In this document: positions 10,101 to 25,100 of the stretch, one piece after another
Position numbering within the stretch: position 1 is the first letter of the stretch
How the letters are laid out: every line of letters begins with the position of its first letter
Origin: Gekko japonicus
Lineage: Eukaryota
DNA: 64,000 nucleotides
Assembly: GCF_001447785.1 (NCBI RefSeq)
Contig: NW_015167529.1
Location: forward strand, 2,051,129 to 2,115,128
Direction of reading: 5' to 3'
Translations under genes and position numbers: made by a program
Notes under the pieces: generated by a model
Database searches by the model: none
What the model was told of the DNA's origin: nothing
What the model saw: the letters and a program-made list of their open reading frames with translations, nothing else

Positions 10101-13100
10101 TTGTATAGCTGCTACTTTTCCCTTTGCAGAAACTTAAACACTGTAAGTACATGTGTGGCCTCACACTTTGGAATCAAGTTTCACCTGGGAACATCTGCTT
10201 GGCAGTCCCCAGGATATGTCCAGGGATTGACCCAGGAGTAGTGTATCATCCTTGAAGTCAACTTGGCAACTCTAGTTGGTACAAAATGCCACATCTTGGT
10301 TACTGTCAGGGGCTAGGCGGAGAATGCATTTTACCCCCATTCTGTAGTCACTTCACTGACTATCAGTTATTGAATTCAGTTCAAGATACTGGTTATTTCC
10401 TACAAAGCCCTTTCTGGCCTTGTACTCACATATCTACAGAAGTGCCTCCCTTGCTGTCCTTCACTGTGACAGTTTCAGTGATCTGAGCAAAGCCTTGTGA
10501 AGGTGCCACCCTGCAGATGGATAAGACTGACAGCTGCCCATCCATTCTGTGTCGTGACTTCCACTGTGTGAAATGGCCTGCCTTGAGGAAGCCAGGCCAG
10601 TATGGTCCTCACACTTCTGTTATTCTGCAGGCTGTGTAAAACAGAATTGTTCAGGAGTGCATTTTTATAAAGGGCTGATTATGAAATAATCATTCAGGAA
10701 GATGCTTCTATATAAAAGGAGCACGATTATAGTCAGCTTTTACAATATTGTCTTCTACTTTTAAAATTCCTTTCTTGGCATTGTTTATGGTATCTCATGT
10801 ATACTTTTTTTTCCTTTTGTGTAATCCTAGTCCTATTGTATTTTTTGCTGGGTATTTTACGCTGCCTGATTACATTGTTTATATTGTGTGATCTGCTTTG
10901 ATTCTAGGTGAAAAGGGTGGGCTATAAATAACGTAAATAAATGAAGAAATATAGCCAGGCCCTATAACAGTCCTCCAAAGAATGTGCAAATATTGACAGT
11001 AACTGAAAGAACATAGCTATCGTTATTCTAGACTTTTGCAAGCAGTGCTTTGCTGTGCACAACTTTATGGTTGATAAGTTGTTTTTGAATTGAAAATGCT
11101 AGGGTTTTCCATTGGTTGTGAAGATTTCTAGCAGTCGTACTCCCAGAGAACTTCGCAAACAGTGACTTTTAAAATAATTGAAGGGATTATGCAGGACAGA
11201 AAAATATCCTTGCTTTCATGTGCTAATGTAAGCAAATAAAATTTATACCAGTGTCATGAACACAACTTCAAATTGTACTGAGACAGTAGGCTAAATTTTT
11301 TACAAAGCACCAATATTTGAGCAAACAATAGAATCATTATGTTGGGATTCATATAGCTTTTTATAAATTGCATATACACTTCCAGTTTTAGACAGTAAAA
11401 TAAATTATGAAAATTGAATAGTAAACTGTGCAGCACTAAAAGTTCACTCTGACCACATTCGGCCATGATAGACCAGGATGTACAACAGTCCCTCTGGCCG
11501 CTTGCATGCCTGCTCCCTCCCATTACCTGTGATGTGCAGATGCAGGCATCTAGGAGTTTAATCCCAGTTTAGAACCCTGGGTGGGGGATAAATTCCTGTT
11601 AATCTTTGTGCCTGCATTTATACCTCATGGGCATCCAGAGTTGCAGTACAATACAATGGTTGTGAGTAATATAGTTCTTCAACAATTAAAAACAAAGAGT
11701 TACAATACAGTCCTACAGCAGTTACACCCTTCTAAATTCATGGAATTTAGTGGGCTTAGATGGGTGTAACTCTTTTTAGGATTGTACTGTAAATTTCAAA
11801 CCAGGATTGTCCATATAAACAGGTGACAAGGAAGAACGTGTTTTAAGTATGAGTCCAGTAGCAAGCTGGGTTCGTGCACATGATCCCAACTAGTTAATGC
11901 TGACTAGAAGTGACATCTGCATGTAGATTCTGTCTTCTGTGTTTGTACTCAATACCTGGTTTGGTTTGGTTTCCCCTTGAACTGTTTGTAAGTCACCATT
12001 TTAGGGAATTTGTAATAACAATTCATTTTCTTTTTGTTTTTTAGCCTCAAGGAATAGGCTCACCTAGTATCTATCATGCTGTGATAGTTATATTTTTGGA
12101 ATTTTTTGCTTGGGGACTCCTGACTGCACCAACTTTAGTCGTAAGTGATTTGTTTGTTTAACGTACTTGTATGAAATTGAGATGTTGGCCTTAGTATTAT
12201 TTTGGTAATGGGTTTCACACTAAACTGGCAACGTCACTGAATTAAGTCTTCAGTGAAGTTTATTATGATAAGGGTGTTGGCAGTTCAGCACTCTTGTTTT
12301 GAGCACACTTGCTTGGAGATACATTGCACTGAAATTGGTTAAATTAGCTCCTAGGACTCAGGAAAATAACAAGGTGGTGGTGGGGTGCCACTTGTCCTCT
12401 GTAGACCCAAACTAAATATCACAGAAACAAACTTTACAAAGCAAAAGGGAGATGGGGATATATTTACTATACAGAATTTGCATTCACGTGTTTTCGTTGT
12501 AGATTGTTACTATTAATGTATTTGGTAAAATATTTCATCTAATATAACATATATTAAAGTTTGAAATGGGGTGAACTCTGTGCAAGGGGGCATTTTACAC
12601 TAGGAAGATTGTTTTCATTAAGTTAAAAGTGCTCTGTCCTTGATGAAATATTCATGTAATCAGATATTCATGGAAACTGGTTTGTCCTGTATTTGATAAA
12701 AGGTTAAAAATTATTGAAGAAAATGTGTCTACTCAACTTCCTAATAAGCTAACCTGTAATTGAACTAGTCATTGGTGACTCTGGAGAATGGGAAACAAAA
12801 ATTAATCCCTTAAAGAAGTTTTAATATGTTGTTTTTGCCATACAGTTTCAAGATTAGTACTTCCAGAGGCAACTCTCCTTTGAGTGCTTCTGTGAAGGGA
12901 TTGTGTAGCTCTCTCGGTCAATAGATACTGTTGTGCCCCCTGGCTTGGAAATTCTCATGATCATGCTAACAACTTTTGGTTTGTGTGGTTGTGTCCTGTT
13001 TTTATTTAAAGAAAGATCAGCTTAGGGATTCTACCAATCTAGGGTCGCGGTACCTTTCTTAACCTCTGATATGTCCACTGGCTGCATCTTCTACCCTTCT

Positions 13101-16100
13101 AGCGCAGCTAAAATCCACAGTCCACAGCCACAAATTGTGCAGCACATGCAAATAAGCTACATGAGTGGCAAGCAAATTCTTGGTTATTAATGCTATTCCT
13201 ATATTTTCATGCTTTTGATGCCTACTGTTGTGGTTATAATTGTATCTGTGTATATGCATATGACAAATAGGAAATTAACTGAATTTGCAACCGACATATG
13301 GTGCCCAAGTAGGTGTGCTCAAAACAAGAGTGCTGAACTGCCAAGTCCAACACCCTTACCATAATAAACTTCACTGAAGACTTAATTTAGGGATGTTGCC
13401 AGTTTAGTGTGCCCAAGACCCAAAGTGGCACATTGTACGCATAGGAAAGGATATCAAAAAGGTCAAAGCAAGAGTGATTCTCTCCACTATTGGTTCCAAT
13501 TGTGCTACATTGCCAAACGATACTCTGTTGAGGCTTTCTGCACAAAATGGACCTATCAGTTGTTGGGTTGTTCATGTTAGAAACCATTCCCATGCTGTTA
13601 TGCACTTGCATACCACAATGTAGAAAATAAACCATGTCCTCAGCTGGGTAGTGTTTGCGACCTCTGTCCCCAATCCACTTTTTTATGGTCAACAGCACAC
13701 TGTATCTTGTAGATAGCAATGTGTCCGCCATACAGTATTCATTCAGCAGAGTAGTTTTCTGTTTTGATGGAAAATTTGTCAGTCCTGCCTGTAGAAAATA
13801 GCCTCAGAACTCTTCCACAGGCAGGAGAGGGGGCAGTTTTGCCAATTCCCCTGCCTACAGACCTCCAGCTCTCTCTCCATGCTGCTCCTGTGGTTTACCT
13901 TTTCCCCATTTATTTCAGCTGTTGATAGGAGTAGCTTTGCATAGGCTCACAGTCTAAATGTTGTAATCTATGCTCATCTGCCACTGTATAATATAGCATG
14001 TGCATAATTGTTCCACAGGTTTTGCATAAAACCTTTCCAAAGCATACGTTTTTAATGAATGGCCTGATTCAAGGAGTGAAGGTAAGATAATTTGAAATCC
14101 TTTTCCATTGGTGTCACCACCTGACTTAATAAATGTTGAGCTGTTACATTTGACTGTCCAATAGACAGTGATCAGTTATTCCATTTTGCAGTTTTCTGAA
14201 CATGTGAGTACAAAAAACTGGAGGAGGAAACCTTCCTGAGGGCTTACCTGTTGAACCTGGAGCATAGTTCTTGCTGACGTGGTAAACTAGTTTCTGGGTA
14301 CATCACTGCAACTACAAGTGGAGGTTTTGACTGTATGCTCTTCCACACGTATACACACACAAAGTCTCCATATGGAAGTTAAAAGAGAAGGGTGCTATCT
14401 TAGTCCTCTGCATGATGTATTGGGTTTCCATACAGAACATTTTTTTGTGTATGTTGAGGAGCATGCAGTCATACTGAGACACATTTCCCACCTCAGTGAG
14501 AACCAGGCTTGTCCAAATTGGAATTTCACAGAACTCTGATTCTTCATTTTAGGGTGGAAATTCAAAGGAGTCATCTGGCTCACTATTATTGTCGATGTGG
14601 GAGAGAGATTAAGTAAGGAATTGTTACCTTAGACCAAGGCCATCAAACTCTTGTGGATTTGAGGGCCATGTTCTTTGCTTGGGGTCTACACCCAAACATT
14701 TTCACCAACAAGAGCACTGGTTTGTTGGGACACTAAATAAAAATAAGCCCTTACAATTCTTCCACACATCCCTTTCCCAGTACCACAGTTGAACCCAGTT
14801 GCTAATTTTCGTCAGCCAGGTCTGATCTCCCTGCACCTCCTTCCCTCATCTTCGATGCCTTGTTCCTCAAGTTATCTTTTATTCTCCAAAACCCATTAAT
14901 TTGTTTAGGCACTTTTATCCTGCTTCTCTTATGCCAAAGGAACTTGCTGACCGAAGCTACCAGCCTACATGTCACCTAGATCATCTTCTCAAAAAGCTGT
15001 CATGACCCCCTTTTCTGTAAATTTTGTCTTTGACTGAAAAAATGCACACATTCACACTCTGCTGACTTTATCCCACTGTCCATACAGCTTGACATTTATT
15101 CTGTGATATGAGACTGATACTGAGGTGTGTCTTATCTGCCATTATTACATCTACCATTTTTCTCCAGTAAAGAGATCACTGTCTAACCTTGAAAATGACC
15201 ACTTTGTGTGTGTAGTGTGGCAGGGATGTCATAATTTATATTAAAAAACAAACCCCAGCTTTATGTTTAGCAGCCCTGCCTTTGACTTTCACTGTGGTCT
15301 TATTTTCAAACTGTAGTCCCTTTTGAGCTAGATGGTCTAACCTGACTTTCACTGCCCACCTCCTCTATGTATTTTTACACCATACTTTTGGCATTCTGCT
15401 ACAATTTCTTGCATGTCTTAGAGACAGTGGCATAAGACCATACCTGGGCTCAAAGATAGCTTAACATTCTTACACTTTTTTTTCTGGGGTAGGTTGAGCA
15501 TTTTCATTTCAGGCCCATTTGAAATGTAAGTGATGAAACTATACTTCTGATGCATTGTTGTGAAGAAGGAAGGGGTGGTGGGGAAGGATGTCTAAGGGAT
15601 ATTTTTTTAAAAGCTTTTTTTCAAAATAATAGATTTTTTTTTAAGTAGTATTGCAAATAATTACTAAAAGTTTGCCCACTAGCAACACAACTTGCTTGTT
15701 TCATCTTCCCTTGTTACCACTGCATCTTTACATTGGTGTTGCCTCCCCAAAGTGTTGTTGCATTCGTCTCACGTTCATCCCTTGGCCCTTCAGAGAAAGG
15801 TAAGGTAGCCAGGAGAGCACTGCAGTATTCTTTCCAGTCTTAGAAATGGCACTCTGTTACCTTTATCAGACCAGAAAGATCGCCACAGATAAGTGATCTC
15901 TCCCTATTTTTATAGAGCATCTAGAGGTTACTTTGATGCCCTGACTCTCTCTACCACTGCCCTGCAAATATGTCTGCAAAATTTATTAGCCTGCTTGCTC
16001 ACACGTACATGGCTGATTCACTTGAGCATGCTGATGGCCTAAAAACTAAACAATTGCCTTGTCTGGGTTACATAAATTTCCCCGTCTGGTTGCCTGGAGG

Positions 16101-19100
16101 CAGTTCATGCTCAGTCCAGCCAGCCTGGCGAGAAGCTAACGAACTTGCTTTAGAGCAGAGGGAAAGGCTTCTGCAACAATGCAGTTTTCTCAGGTCAAAA
16201 AGAGTTCCATGGATTGTGTCTTCCAGCTTTAAACAGCAAAGAGGTTCCCCTACTACTTCCACAGTGCACTTTCTCTTTCTGGAAAAGAGTTTTTTGCTAG
16301 CAGGGGACGGAAAACAGCGTATGGTGGCTGCTGCTCATCTCATGCTGATTGCTGCAAGGAAGTGGCAAACTGTCACTTGGGTTAAAAGCAGGTCCCTAAG
16401 TCCTGAGCTGAATCCCACGGATCTGTTCTTCTAATCACAGAGCCTTCTCTGGTGTATGGAGACTTGTTCTTTTTTATCTTTAAAACATTTTAATTGACAT
16501 TATTACAATATATATACACAAAACAACACATCAGTATCGTACAACCTTGTGATAAGTAAGATATTGAATGTATAAGATGCATAGAATGTCATACAGAAAT
16601 ACTTCTCAATTATGTTGCGTTAGAGAAGTGGATCATAACATCGAATTTAAATCAACCAACTACCAAACATATGTCAGGTATCAATCAAGTTTATATGAGC
16701 CAGTTTTTTAGGAACCACATTGTGAGAAGCCAAATAAGCTAATACAGGAAACCACTTTCCTACAAGTTTGGAATATATGTTACTTTGAGTTATTTAATCA
16801 GTGATCAGTGGAAGGCTCCTTTTGCTGGGGGCTAGAGTGCTGCCATTTGCAGAACAGATCTGGAGAATCCAACCCAGTGTCTTAAAACTTTCCACCTTCC
16901 GTTTGTTTGCCTTCACTTAAAATATTTGGGTTTTCTTCACAGGGTTTGTTGTCTTTCCTGAGTGCTCCTTTGATTGGGGCCCTGTCTGATGTTTGGGGCC
17001 GAAAGTCCTTCCTGCTGCTAACAGTATTTTTTACTTGTGCGCCAATTCCACTAATGAAGATCAGCCCATGGTTAGTGGCCGTTTCAGAATTTGCCTTTGT
17101 ATGTTGATTGTGTTAGTGCCATACAGTTAAGTTTCCCCCAGAAGTCTGGCTTTAAATGTCAGGCTCTCCTTTGATCAGTTTCAGCTGTTTTTGTGCAGGC
17201 CTTGATTAGGCCTGTTGGCACAGTACCAGGCCACCTACCAATGAATGCATTGTGTGTCCTTGGCTTCCCTCCTTGTTTTGCTGCCTGACAGTGCTGAAAG
17301 CTAACAAGGCAACACTCTGAGGGCTTTTTGCAGTGTTCACGCACACACACACACATACAAACACACCCCGTTTTGTTTGTCCACTAGATGTATCCCTAAG
17401 CTTGTTACCTCAGGCTCATGGGGTTCTACTGTCTCTCCTCTTGCAGCTTTTATGTGTTACTGGTATAAAGTGAGCTATATATTTTGCCACAGGGCTTCTT
17501 CATATATGTAATGTGTACTTCTTAATCCAGGGCCTGTTTAGATACACTGACACTGTTATTTTTAGGTTCATTTTCTTCCTGAAATACTCTGTCAAGCAGG
17601 CACTAAGGAAAGCTCAAGAACCCGTTTTTCTTGATTTAAGTAGATTTATCCCTTGTAAATGGAGCTGCGGTGGCTCAAGTGGTTAAGATGCTGAACTGCA
17701 GGCTGTGGAAGGTCAGTAGTTCAGCAGTTCGAAACCCGAGTGCCGCAAGACGGAGTGAGCTCCCATCTCTAGTTCCAGCTCCTGCCAACCTAGCAGTTCG
17801 AAAGCAAGAAATTGCAAGTAGATAAATAGGTACCACTTCGGTGGGGAAGGTAACAGCATTCCGTGCGCCTCGGTGTTTAGTCATGCCGGCCACATGACCA
17901 CGGAAACGTCTTCGGACAGCGTTGGCTCTTCGGCTTTGAAACGGAGATGAGCACCACAACCCTAGAGTCGGATTCGACTGGCTTTCGAGCAAGGGAACCT
18001 TTACCTTTTTACTATCCCTTGTAAAGTTTGAAATTCTCTACAATTACAAATTCACTGACTGCTCAGAGCTGCTCTGACTGAACTATAAAACAAGACTGTA
18101 AGTTGTAATGATTTTCTGGTTGAATTGTCTGTGGCATATTAGACTATTTAAAAACCTATTTGCCTGTAATTGTGTTCCAAACCCATTTTGATGTTACAAA
18201 GAAGGCACTAGCAGTAAAAGAGGGGGGGGGGCTGGGATCCCAAGAGCTATTTTAGGTGCACCTTTAGACGTGCCCAGTGTTGGGTCTTAATTCTATTTTT
18301 GCTTGGCCTGTTTCGTTTGTCATTTTTATATCCCATCCTTCCTCTAAGGCGTTCAGGGTGGCATATATAAGGTTGTCCCACTTCATCCGCACAACTAAAT
18401 TGTGATAGTTAGGTTAGTTAAAAATACAGTGGTTTGCTTAATTCTCGTGAGCTTCGTGGCTGAACAAGGATTTGAAGCTATGCCTCCCCAATCCAAGTCT
18501 GGCGTCCTGTTGATTACATTTAGTGTCACCAGGGTAGTGGCACTGCAGGAAGTGACAGTCTCCGTCCAATGGACTGATAATCTGTATTAGATAGACAATG
18601 CTGATGTAGAAGACAGATCAGGGGTAGATGTGAAGTGCCTTGTACAGAAATGGCTCATTGGTCCATCTAGCTCAGCAAGGCCTTTCCCAGCGCCCAGCTT
18701 TCCTGAGTGGCATATTGGGAGTGAGAAGCAGGTAAAATAAGGAGAGCATCGTAGAGATGGCAGAAGAGAACAGTTGGACTGCATTTTGTGAAATCAGGCT
18801 GCTTAAGGATAGCAAGCAGCTAAATACTGGCATGAAGTCCGTTAAGTGTGGTTTGATCACAAAATCTCACCACTGAATTCCCAAAGGATTTTTGGAGAGA
18901 GTTATGTTTTAATTGCATCCACAGAGAAGAGATGGCATTGTACTTAGCGATGTTAATAAAGCATGCCTGTGTGAGATTAAAAATGCCAGACTGTTTGGAC
19001 AGGCAGAGTTCAGCCTGGGTAAAATGCTTGAACTGTTCATTAATCAAATACCTTTAGTCCTGAGCCTGTGTCTTTTGCTCCTAGGTGGTACTTTGCTGTT

Positions 19101-22100
19101 ATCTCTGTCTCTGGAGTCTTTGCTGTGACCTTCTCGGTGGTATTTGCTTATGTAGCTGATATAACCCAAGAACATGAAAGAAGCATGGCATACGGCCTGG
19201 TATGTCTATTTGAGTTCTTCTGTACATTTTAAACACAATAGTCACTGGTAATTAATGTTCCTTTAATGGATGACTCATTTGAGTTTTTTCTATTATTGAT
19301 GTCAGTATTCTAAAATTGGAGCTGCGGTGGCTCAAGTGGTTAAGACGCTGAACTGCAGGCTGTGGAAGGTCAGTAGTTCAGCAGTTCAAGACCCGGGTGC
19401 CGCAAAACAGAGTGAGCTCCCGTCTCTAGTTCCAGCTTCTGCCAACCTAGCAGTTTGAAAGCAAGAAATTGCAAGTAGATAAATAGGTACCACTTCGGTG
19501 GGAAGGTAACAGCGTTCCGTGCGCCTTGGGTGTTTAGTCATGCCGGCCACATGACCACGGAAACGTCTTCGGACAGCACTGGCTCTTCGGCTTTGAAACG
19601 GAGATGAGCACCGCAACCCTAGAGTCGGACTCGACTGGCTTTCGAGCAGGGGAACCTTTACCTTTACTATTCTAAAATTATGTTTTGCCATTTTCTTTTC
19701 TGACAAAATTTGGAGCTAAGAAATAATCTTTCTGTCTTCTCTATTCCTGCTTTCATCTGCAGAGTCCACCTTACATTAACTTATGATGTTAATTCATCCA
19801 CCAGTTACTGAAAATCAAGCATGGGGTGGGGAAAGTAGATGGTGCTTTTTCTCCCTCTCCCATAATGCTATAACTCAGGAGCACCCAATGAAGTTGATGG
19901 GTAGTAGGTACATGACAGAAAAAAATGAATACTTCTGTACTCAGTGTGTTTGTGGAATTCTCTGACAATGGATGTTGTGATGGCCACGATAACAGGTGGC
20001 TTCAAAAAGGGGGTTGATGGATTCATGGAGGATAGGGTGCTTAATGAGCTAGGGGAACCTCTGCATTCAGAGAGAGTAAACCTCTGAATATCAGTGCTAG
20101 GAGGCAACATCAGGCAAGGGCCTTGGCCTTGACCCTACAGGGCAAACTGATTGGCTGCTGTGTGAAATAGGATGATGGATTAGGTGGACCCCTGGTCTGA
20201 TCCAACAGAGCTGCTCATATTCTGAGCTGTGCAACAGAAATGGAAACTGTCCAATACTGCTGTCTGATAAAACACTTGATTCTTGAGATTGTGGACATAT
20301 TTAGGATATTTAGTAAAGGATGTGATTCCTTGCTGAAAGTATTCTCTTTGCCGTGTTTGTAGGTTTCAGCAACTTTTGCCGCAAGCCTAGTCACCAGCCC
20401 TGCCATTGGTGCCTACCTTGGTCGAGTGTATGGAGACAGCCTGGTGGTGGTCCTAGCTACAGCCATTGCATTGCTGGATATTTGTTTTATCCTTGTTGCT
20501 GTACCTGAATCATTGCCAGAAAAGATGAGGCCTGCGTCATGGGGAGCACCCATTTCTTGGGAGCAGGCTGACCCATTTGCGGTACTGTATTTAAATGTTT
20601 GATACAGGCTTGGGCTTGTCTTTAAAAACTGAGCTTTTCATTAATGTATATTACTGTTTTTTTAAATATTATTGCTAAATGATCATATTTGCGATTCTCA
20701 TTAGTGAGTGTACAGTGAATGTCCAGGGAGTAGGTTTTGCATGCTTAACTTTTCTGTGCTCCAGTTCTATCAATTGTCCAATAGTGAAGAGAGGAAGTTC
20801 TGTATATGCTGTTTGTGACAAAGATATTTTCCCCCTTTCCTTAGTCTTTAAAGAAAGTCGGCCAAGACTCCATCGTGCTGCTTATCTGCATAACAGTCTT
20901 TCTCTCCTACCTCCCTGAGGCAGGCCAGTATTCCAGCTTCTTCTTGTATCTCAGACAAGTAAGCATTTGCCTAACTGTTTTGATTGTGGAAAGATTAATT
21001 TACAGACATGAGGGATGGCTAGCCAGATTGAGTTGCTTTTCCTTGTATTGTCATGCTCCTGCTGTCCTTGAAAGGAATGAACAACTTGTGTGGAATTGTT
21101 TGCATTCCTTAAGAGTGAACTCATTTCCTGTAGAAGAAATTAGGGTGGTCCACATGTGTGTTCCTTGAGAATTTTTCTACATAAAGGCTAAGTCAGTGAG
21201 CTAAAATATTCGGTTACTTGAGTGTGTTGGCCATAGTTTAGCATGCTCATATATAATTAAAGTCAAATGACCAAATAATTTTTCTCATCTAGATGATGAG
21301 CTTTTCACCGGAAAGTGTTGCAGCATTTATCGCAGTCCTTGGGATTCTCTCCATTGTTGCACAGGTAAGGTATAACTGGCAATTGTGCATCTGTGGCTGA
21401 AGTTCTGTTTGTAGAATCCTTGCAAGAGAGGGCTGCCTGTTTACCATCAATGATGGATGAAAGGCGTTAATACATCCTGAAAACCTGAATCTTTTATACA
21501 TACTTTAAGATAGGGATTTTTAAAGTGTGGCCTGTGAAACCACAACAAAAATAACAGGAATGAAGGCTTCCAGTGCATACTTATATGCCAAGTTTTCTTT
21601 TTCTGGACTGCAATGTAGTAGTATGGAAAAATGCATGGAATGAAAGAAAACAGCTCCTGTTGCTATTTAGCCCGTAGATATTGTTTTGTGTTTGCTTTGT
21701 GCCGCTGGGACAGAATCCAGGGCTAAATCTTCCATTATGGCTATATTGTGAGGACCTTTTAAAAGGCTTCCCTGTACAATATATGATATGCTTTCTTGTG
21801 CAAGTGAGGAGTGACATGATAGAGGTCCACAAAATTGTTTCATTGTCTTCTACCTTTTATTGCATTGTCTTCAACATACAACACCAAAGATCCATGCCAT
21901 TACTTTGTTTTCCATTGACACCATTTATCCTTGAAAGTAAGACACAGACCTCAGTGGGACCCACTCCCTTGTAAATGTGTTTAGGATTGCGACCTTAGAT
22001 TCTAAATTCACTATAATAATAAATTCCCATGTCTTTGCTCATTTCAACTAGAGAAGAAAGGTGGGAAAAAAATTATGGCCACAGCAGAATTAGCGGACAG

Positions 22101-25100
22101 TACTTAACTCTGAAACAGGGTGGTGCCTTTTCCTAACTTTTTACAACAGATTGTTCCAAGTCTCCCCCTCCCCCTGAATATTACTTAAAACCACATTTTC
22201 ATTGTTCATGGAGTACTAGCCATGCGTTTCTGTGGATAACAGCTTTTATCAAATCTCTATCCTGGTTGTTTACAGTAGTCGAATCTATGTTGCCAACTGA
22301 AATGCTGCCATTTTCCTCCCCACAGACAATAGTTCTGAGTTTACTTATGAGGTCAATAGGAAACAAAAACACCATTCTTCTGGGACTGGGGTTTCAAATA
22401 TTGCAGCTTGCGTGGTATGGCTTTGGCTCAGAACCTTGGTAAGTCATTTTTCAGCGTGTTGCTTTTTTATATTGTTGCATTTCAGGTGCACTCTGTTCTT
22501 TAAACAAATCTCTCGGTATTAAGTGAATTAGAGACTCTCAGATGCTTTGCCCTCCTTCATGGTATTGGAACTTCTGTGTAAAGCTGTGTTGGCTGCAGTT
22601 AGTGAGTCTTGTCATGCAGTCTCTTTGTAGCTAGACTTTAAATAGACTCAAGTGTGATTGAGAAGACATTCCTTGGCAATAATGACCTGTCATTCTCTTG
22701 ATTGTCCTTACAGAAATCCTGTGTTCATCCTATTTTGCTACTGCTTTCTACATTGTTTGCACTTTGAAATTTGCTTAGGGCAGAGCTGCCGAAGCAGTCC
22801 TATCAGATGTAAAGGCTTTATTAAATTTGTGCTATATTAAAAAACAAGCAAACATGATCTTGGAGTAATGAATGCCTGCCTGGACTATGAAAGATGCTCA
22901 AGGTGTATGAAATTAACTTACAGTTCTGTTGAACTGTCACAGGTGGTTATTTATGGGAACTTGACATGATTAGTCTCACTGATTGTGCTTTTCAGGATGA
23001 TGTGGGCAGCAGGGGCTGTTGCAGCCATGTCGAGCATCACGTTCCCAGCCGTTAGTGCTCTAGTTTCACGGACAGCGGATGCTGATCAGCAGGGTAGGTA
23101 TTTGAAATGATCTGTCCCTGTTTCATAAGACGGACTCCTGAAGTTAAAAAAAATTTTCTCTGCTTAGTGCTGGAGACATTACTTAGGCCATCTTGGCGAG
23201 GGGACAGGCTGAAAGCTACTAGCCATATGCATTCTTTAGCATCAATAGATAACTATGTTTTACAAAAATGTTCATTACTATAATAATAATTCTATTATTA
23301 ATTAATTCACTTATTGTTTATTTGTTTGTTTATTATTAATTTGATTATTAATCCATTCTGGGCGATGTACAGAAGGCAAAATGCCATAAAACCAATACAA
23401 ATGTTTAAATATCCATGTACAGTCAATAAGATAAAACCAGAATAAAAGATCCCTGATGGCTATTTATAATTTTCTGTTCCCATTCTGGGCTGCCCGGCCA
23501 TTTGGTGGGGGGTGGGAAACATAAACAAAATATATATAGGGGGAGAGGGAAGGGAAAAGGGTGCCAGCCAGTGCAACCAGCAATTGCTGTCCTCAACCGG
23601 AAGCCTGGTGGAGCATCTCTGCCTTACAGGCCCTGTGGAATTGCAAAAGATCCCGCAGGGCCCTGGTGTCATTCGGCAGAGAGTTCCACCAGGTTGGGGC
23701 CAGGACTGAGAAGGCCCTGGCCGAGGCCAGCTGGACATTCTTAGGGCCAAGGTTCATCAGCAAATTATCAGTGGAGTGCAAAGCTCTCCTGGGGACATAG
23801 TGGAGAAGGCGGTCCCATAAATACGTTGGTCTCAGACTGCCCAAGGCCTTAAAGGTCAGTACCAAAACCTTGAACCTGACCCAGTACTCTACTGGAAGCC
23901 AGTGTAGGTGGCGCAGCACTGGTTGAAAATGTGCTGTCCATGACGTTCCTGTCAGGACACGCGCCGCTGCATCACTTCAGAAGTAGAAATCAAAAGGTTT
24001 ATTGGTAGTCTGTAGACTGTTGGGAGATTGCAGTTTCCAAGCGAGGCAGGCAAATGTGTTGAACATGCTGTGTCTTTTTTTATCATGACCCCAGTGTAGA
24101 AAAGCAGGCGTTTGCCTCTTTTAAAAAAGACAGTTCTGAGAATTGATTGTTTTCTAGGTGTCGTACAAGGAATGATAACAGGAATTAGAGGACTCTGTAA
24201 CGGCTTAGGACCAGCACTTTACGGTTTTATATTCTACATTTTCCATGTGGAACTGAATGAAATTCCAGAGGCTCAAAATGACCTGGCAGACAATGTGGCT
24301 GTGCAGCACCATTCGCAGCAGGTATTGTCTAGGTTGCAGGGAGATGGGTGTGTGTCCATGTGATGACAAACAGGATCACTTTTCAGTCTTCAGTTTATTT
24401 CTACAGTCCTTAGACCAGTCATCAAGATCACTTTGTACATTAGATCTTTGGGTGTGAGTCTAGAAATAGAAGCCGTGATTGTACCCAGCACATGCTTTGC
24501 AGATGCCTATCATGCAGGTGCTGCAGTAGGGAGCATGACCTGCAGTTTTTGTGAGTGAGCAGGCTGTCATGCTGGATTGCAGGTTTCTTTCACACGTGCA
24601 TTAGGTGGCAGACCCAGGCTAGCTACTCTGAAATGTGTGAGTTGGCTCAGTGAGTAATGTTGAAATCATGTAAGCTTAGAAGTTGCCATAAAAGTATTTT
24701 CTCTAGTAAGCAAAGGCAAGGCAAGGCTTAAATGAGTAGAAAGCTTGGTACATCTTTAATTGTATTTAGTGAATTCTTTTGGTGACTTAAAAGCTAATTG
24801 GCATACAAGCCCAGTGCATATGTTCTACAAATGCTGGAGTACATGATCATGGCTTGAGTTCTCTCAAGGCTGGTACATACCAAATGTGTCTTACATGGTG
24901 AAAGTAGTTGCAGAATTTAAGACTTGTTTCTTCATCCCTCTGTGATCCAAATATGTATACATGGCTGTCTTTATTTAGGAAAGAGTTAGAGTCCAGTAGC
25001 ACCTTAAAGACTAACAGAATCTGTGGCAGGGTATGAGCTTTCATGTGAGTCACTGCTTACTTTTTCAGATACCAGATGTATCTGCAGAAGTGAGCAGTGA

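Noticed and set aside
15970-16434. 154-aa intronic ORF
   Set aside because: No recognisable motifs or splice support; most likely a chance ORF.
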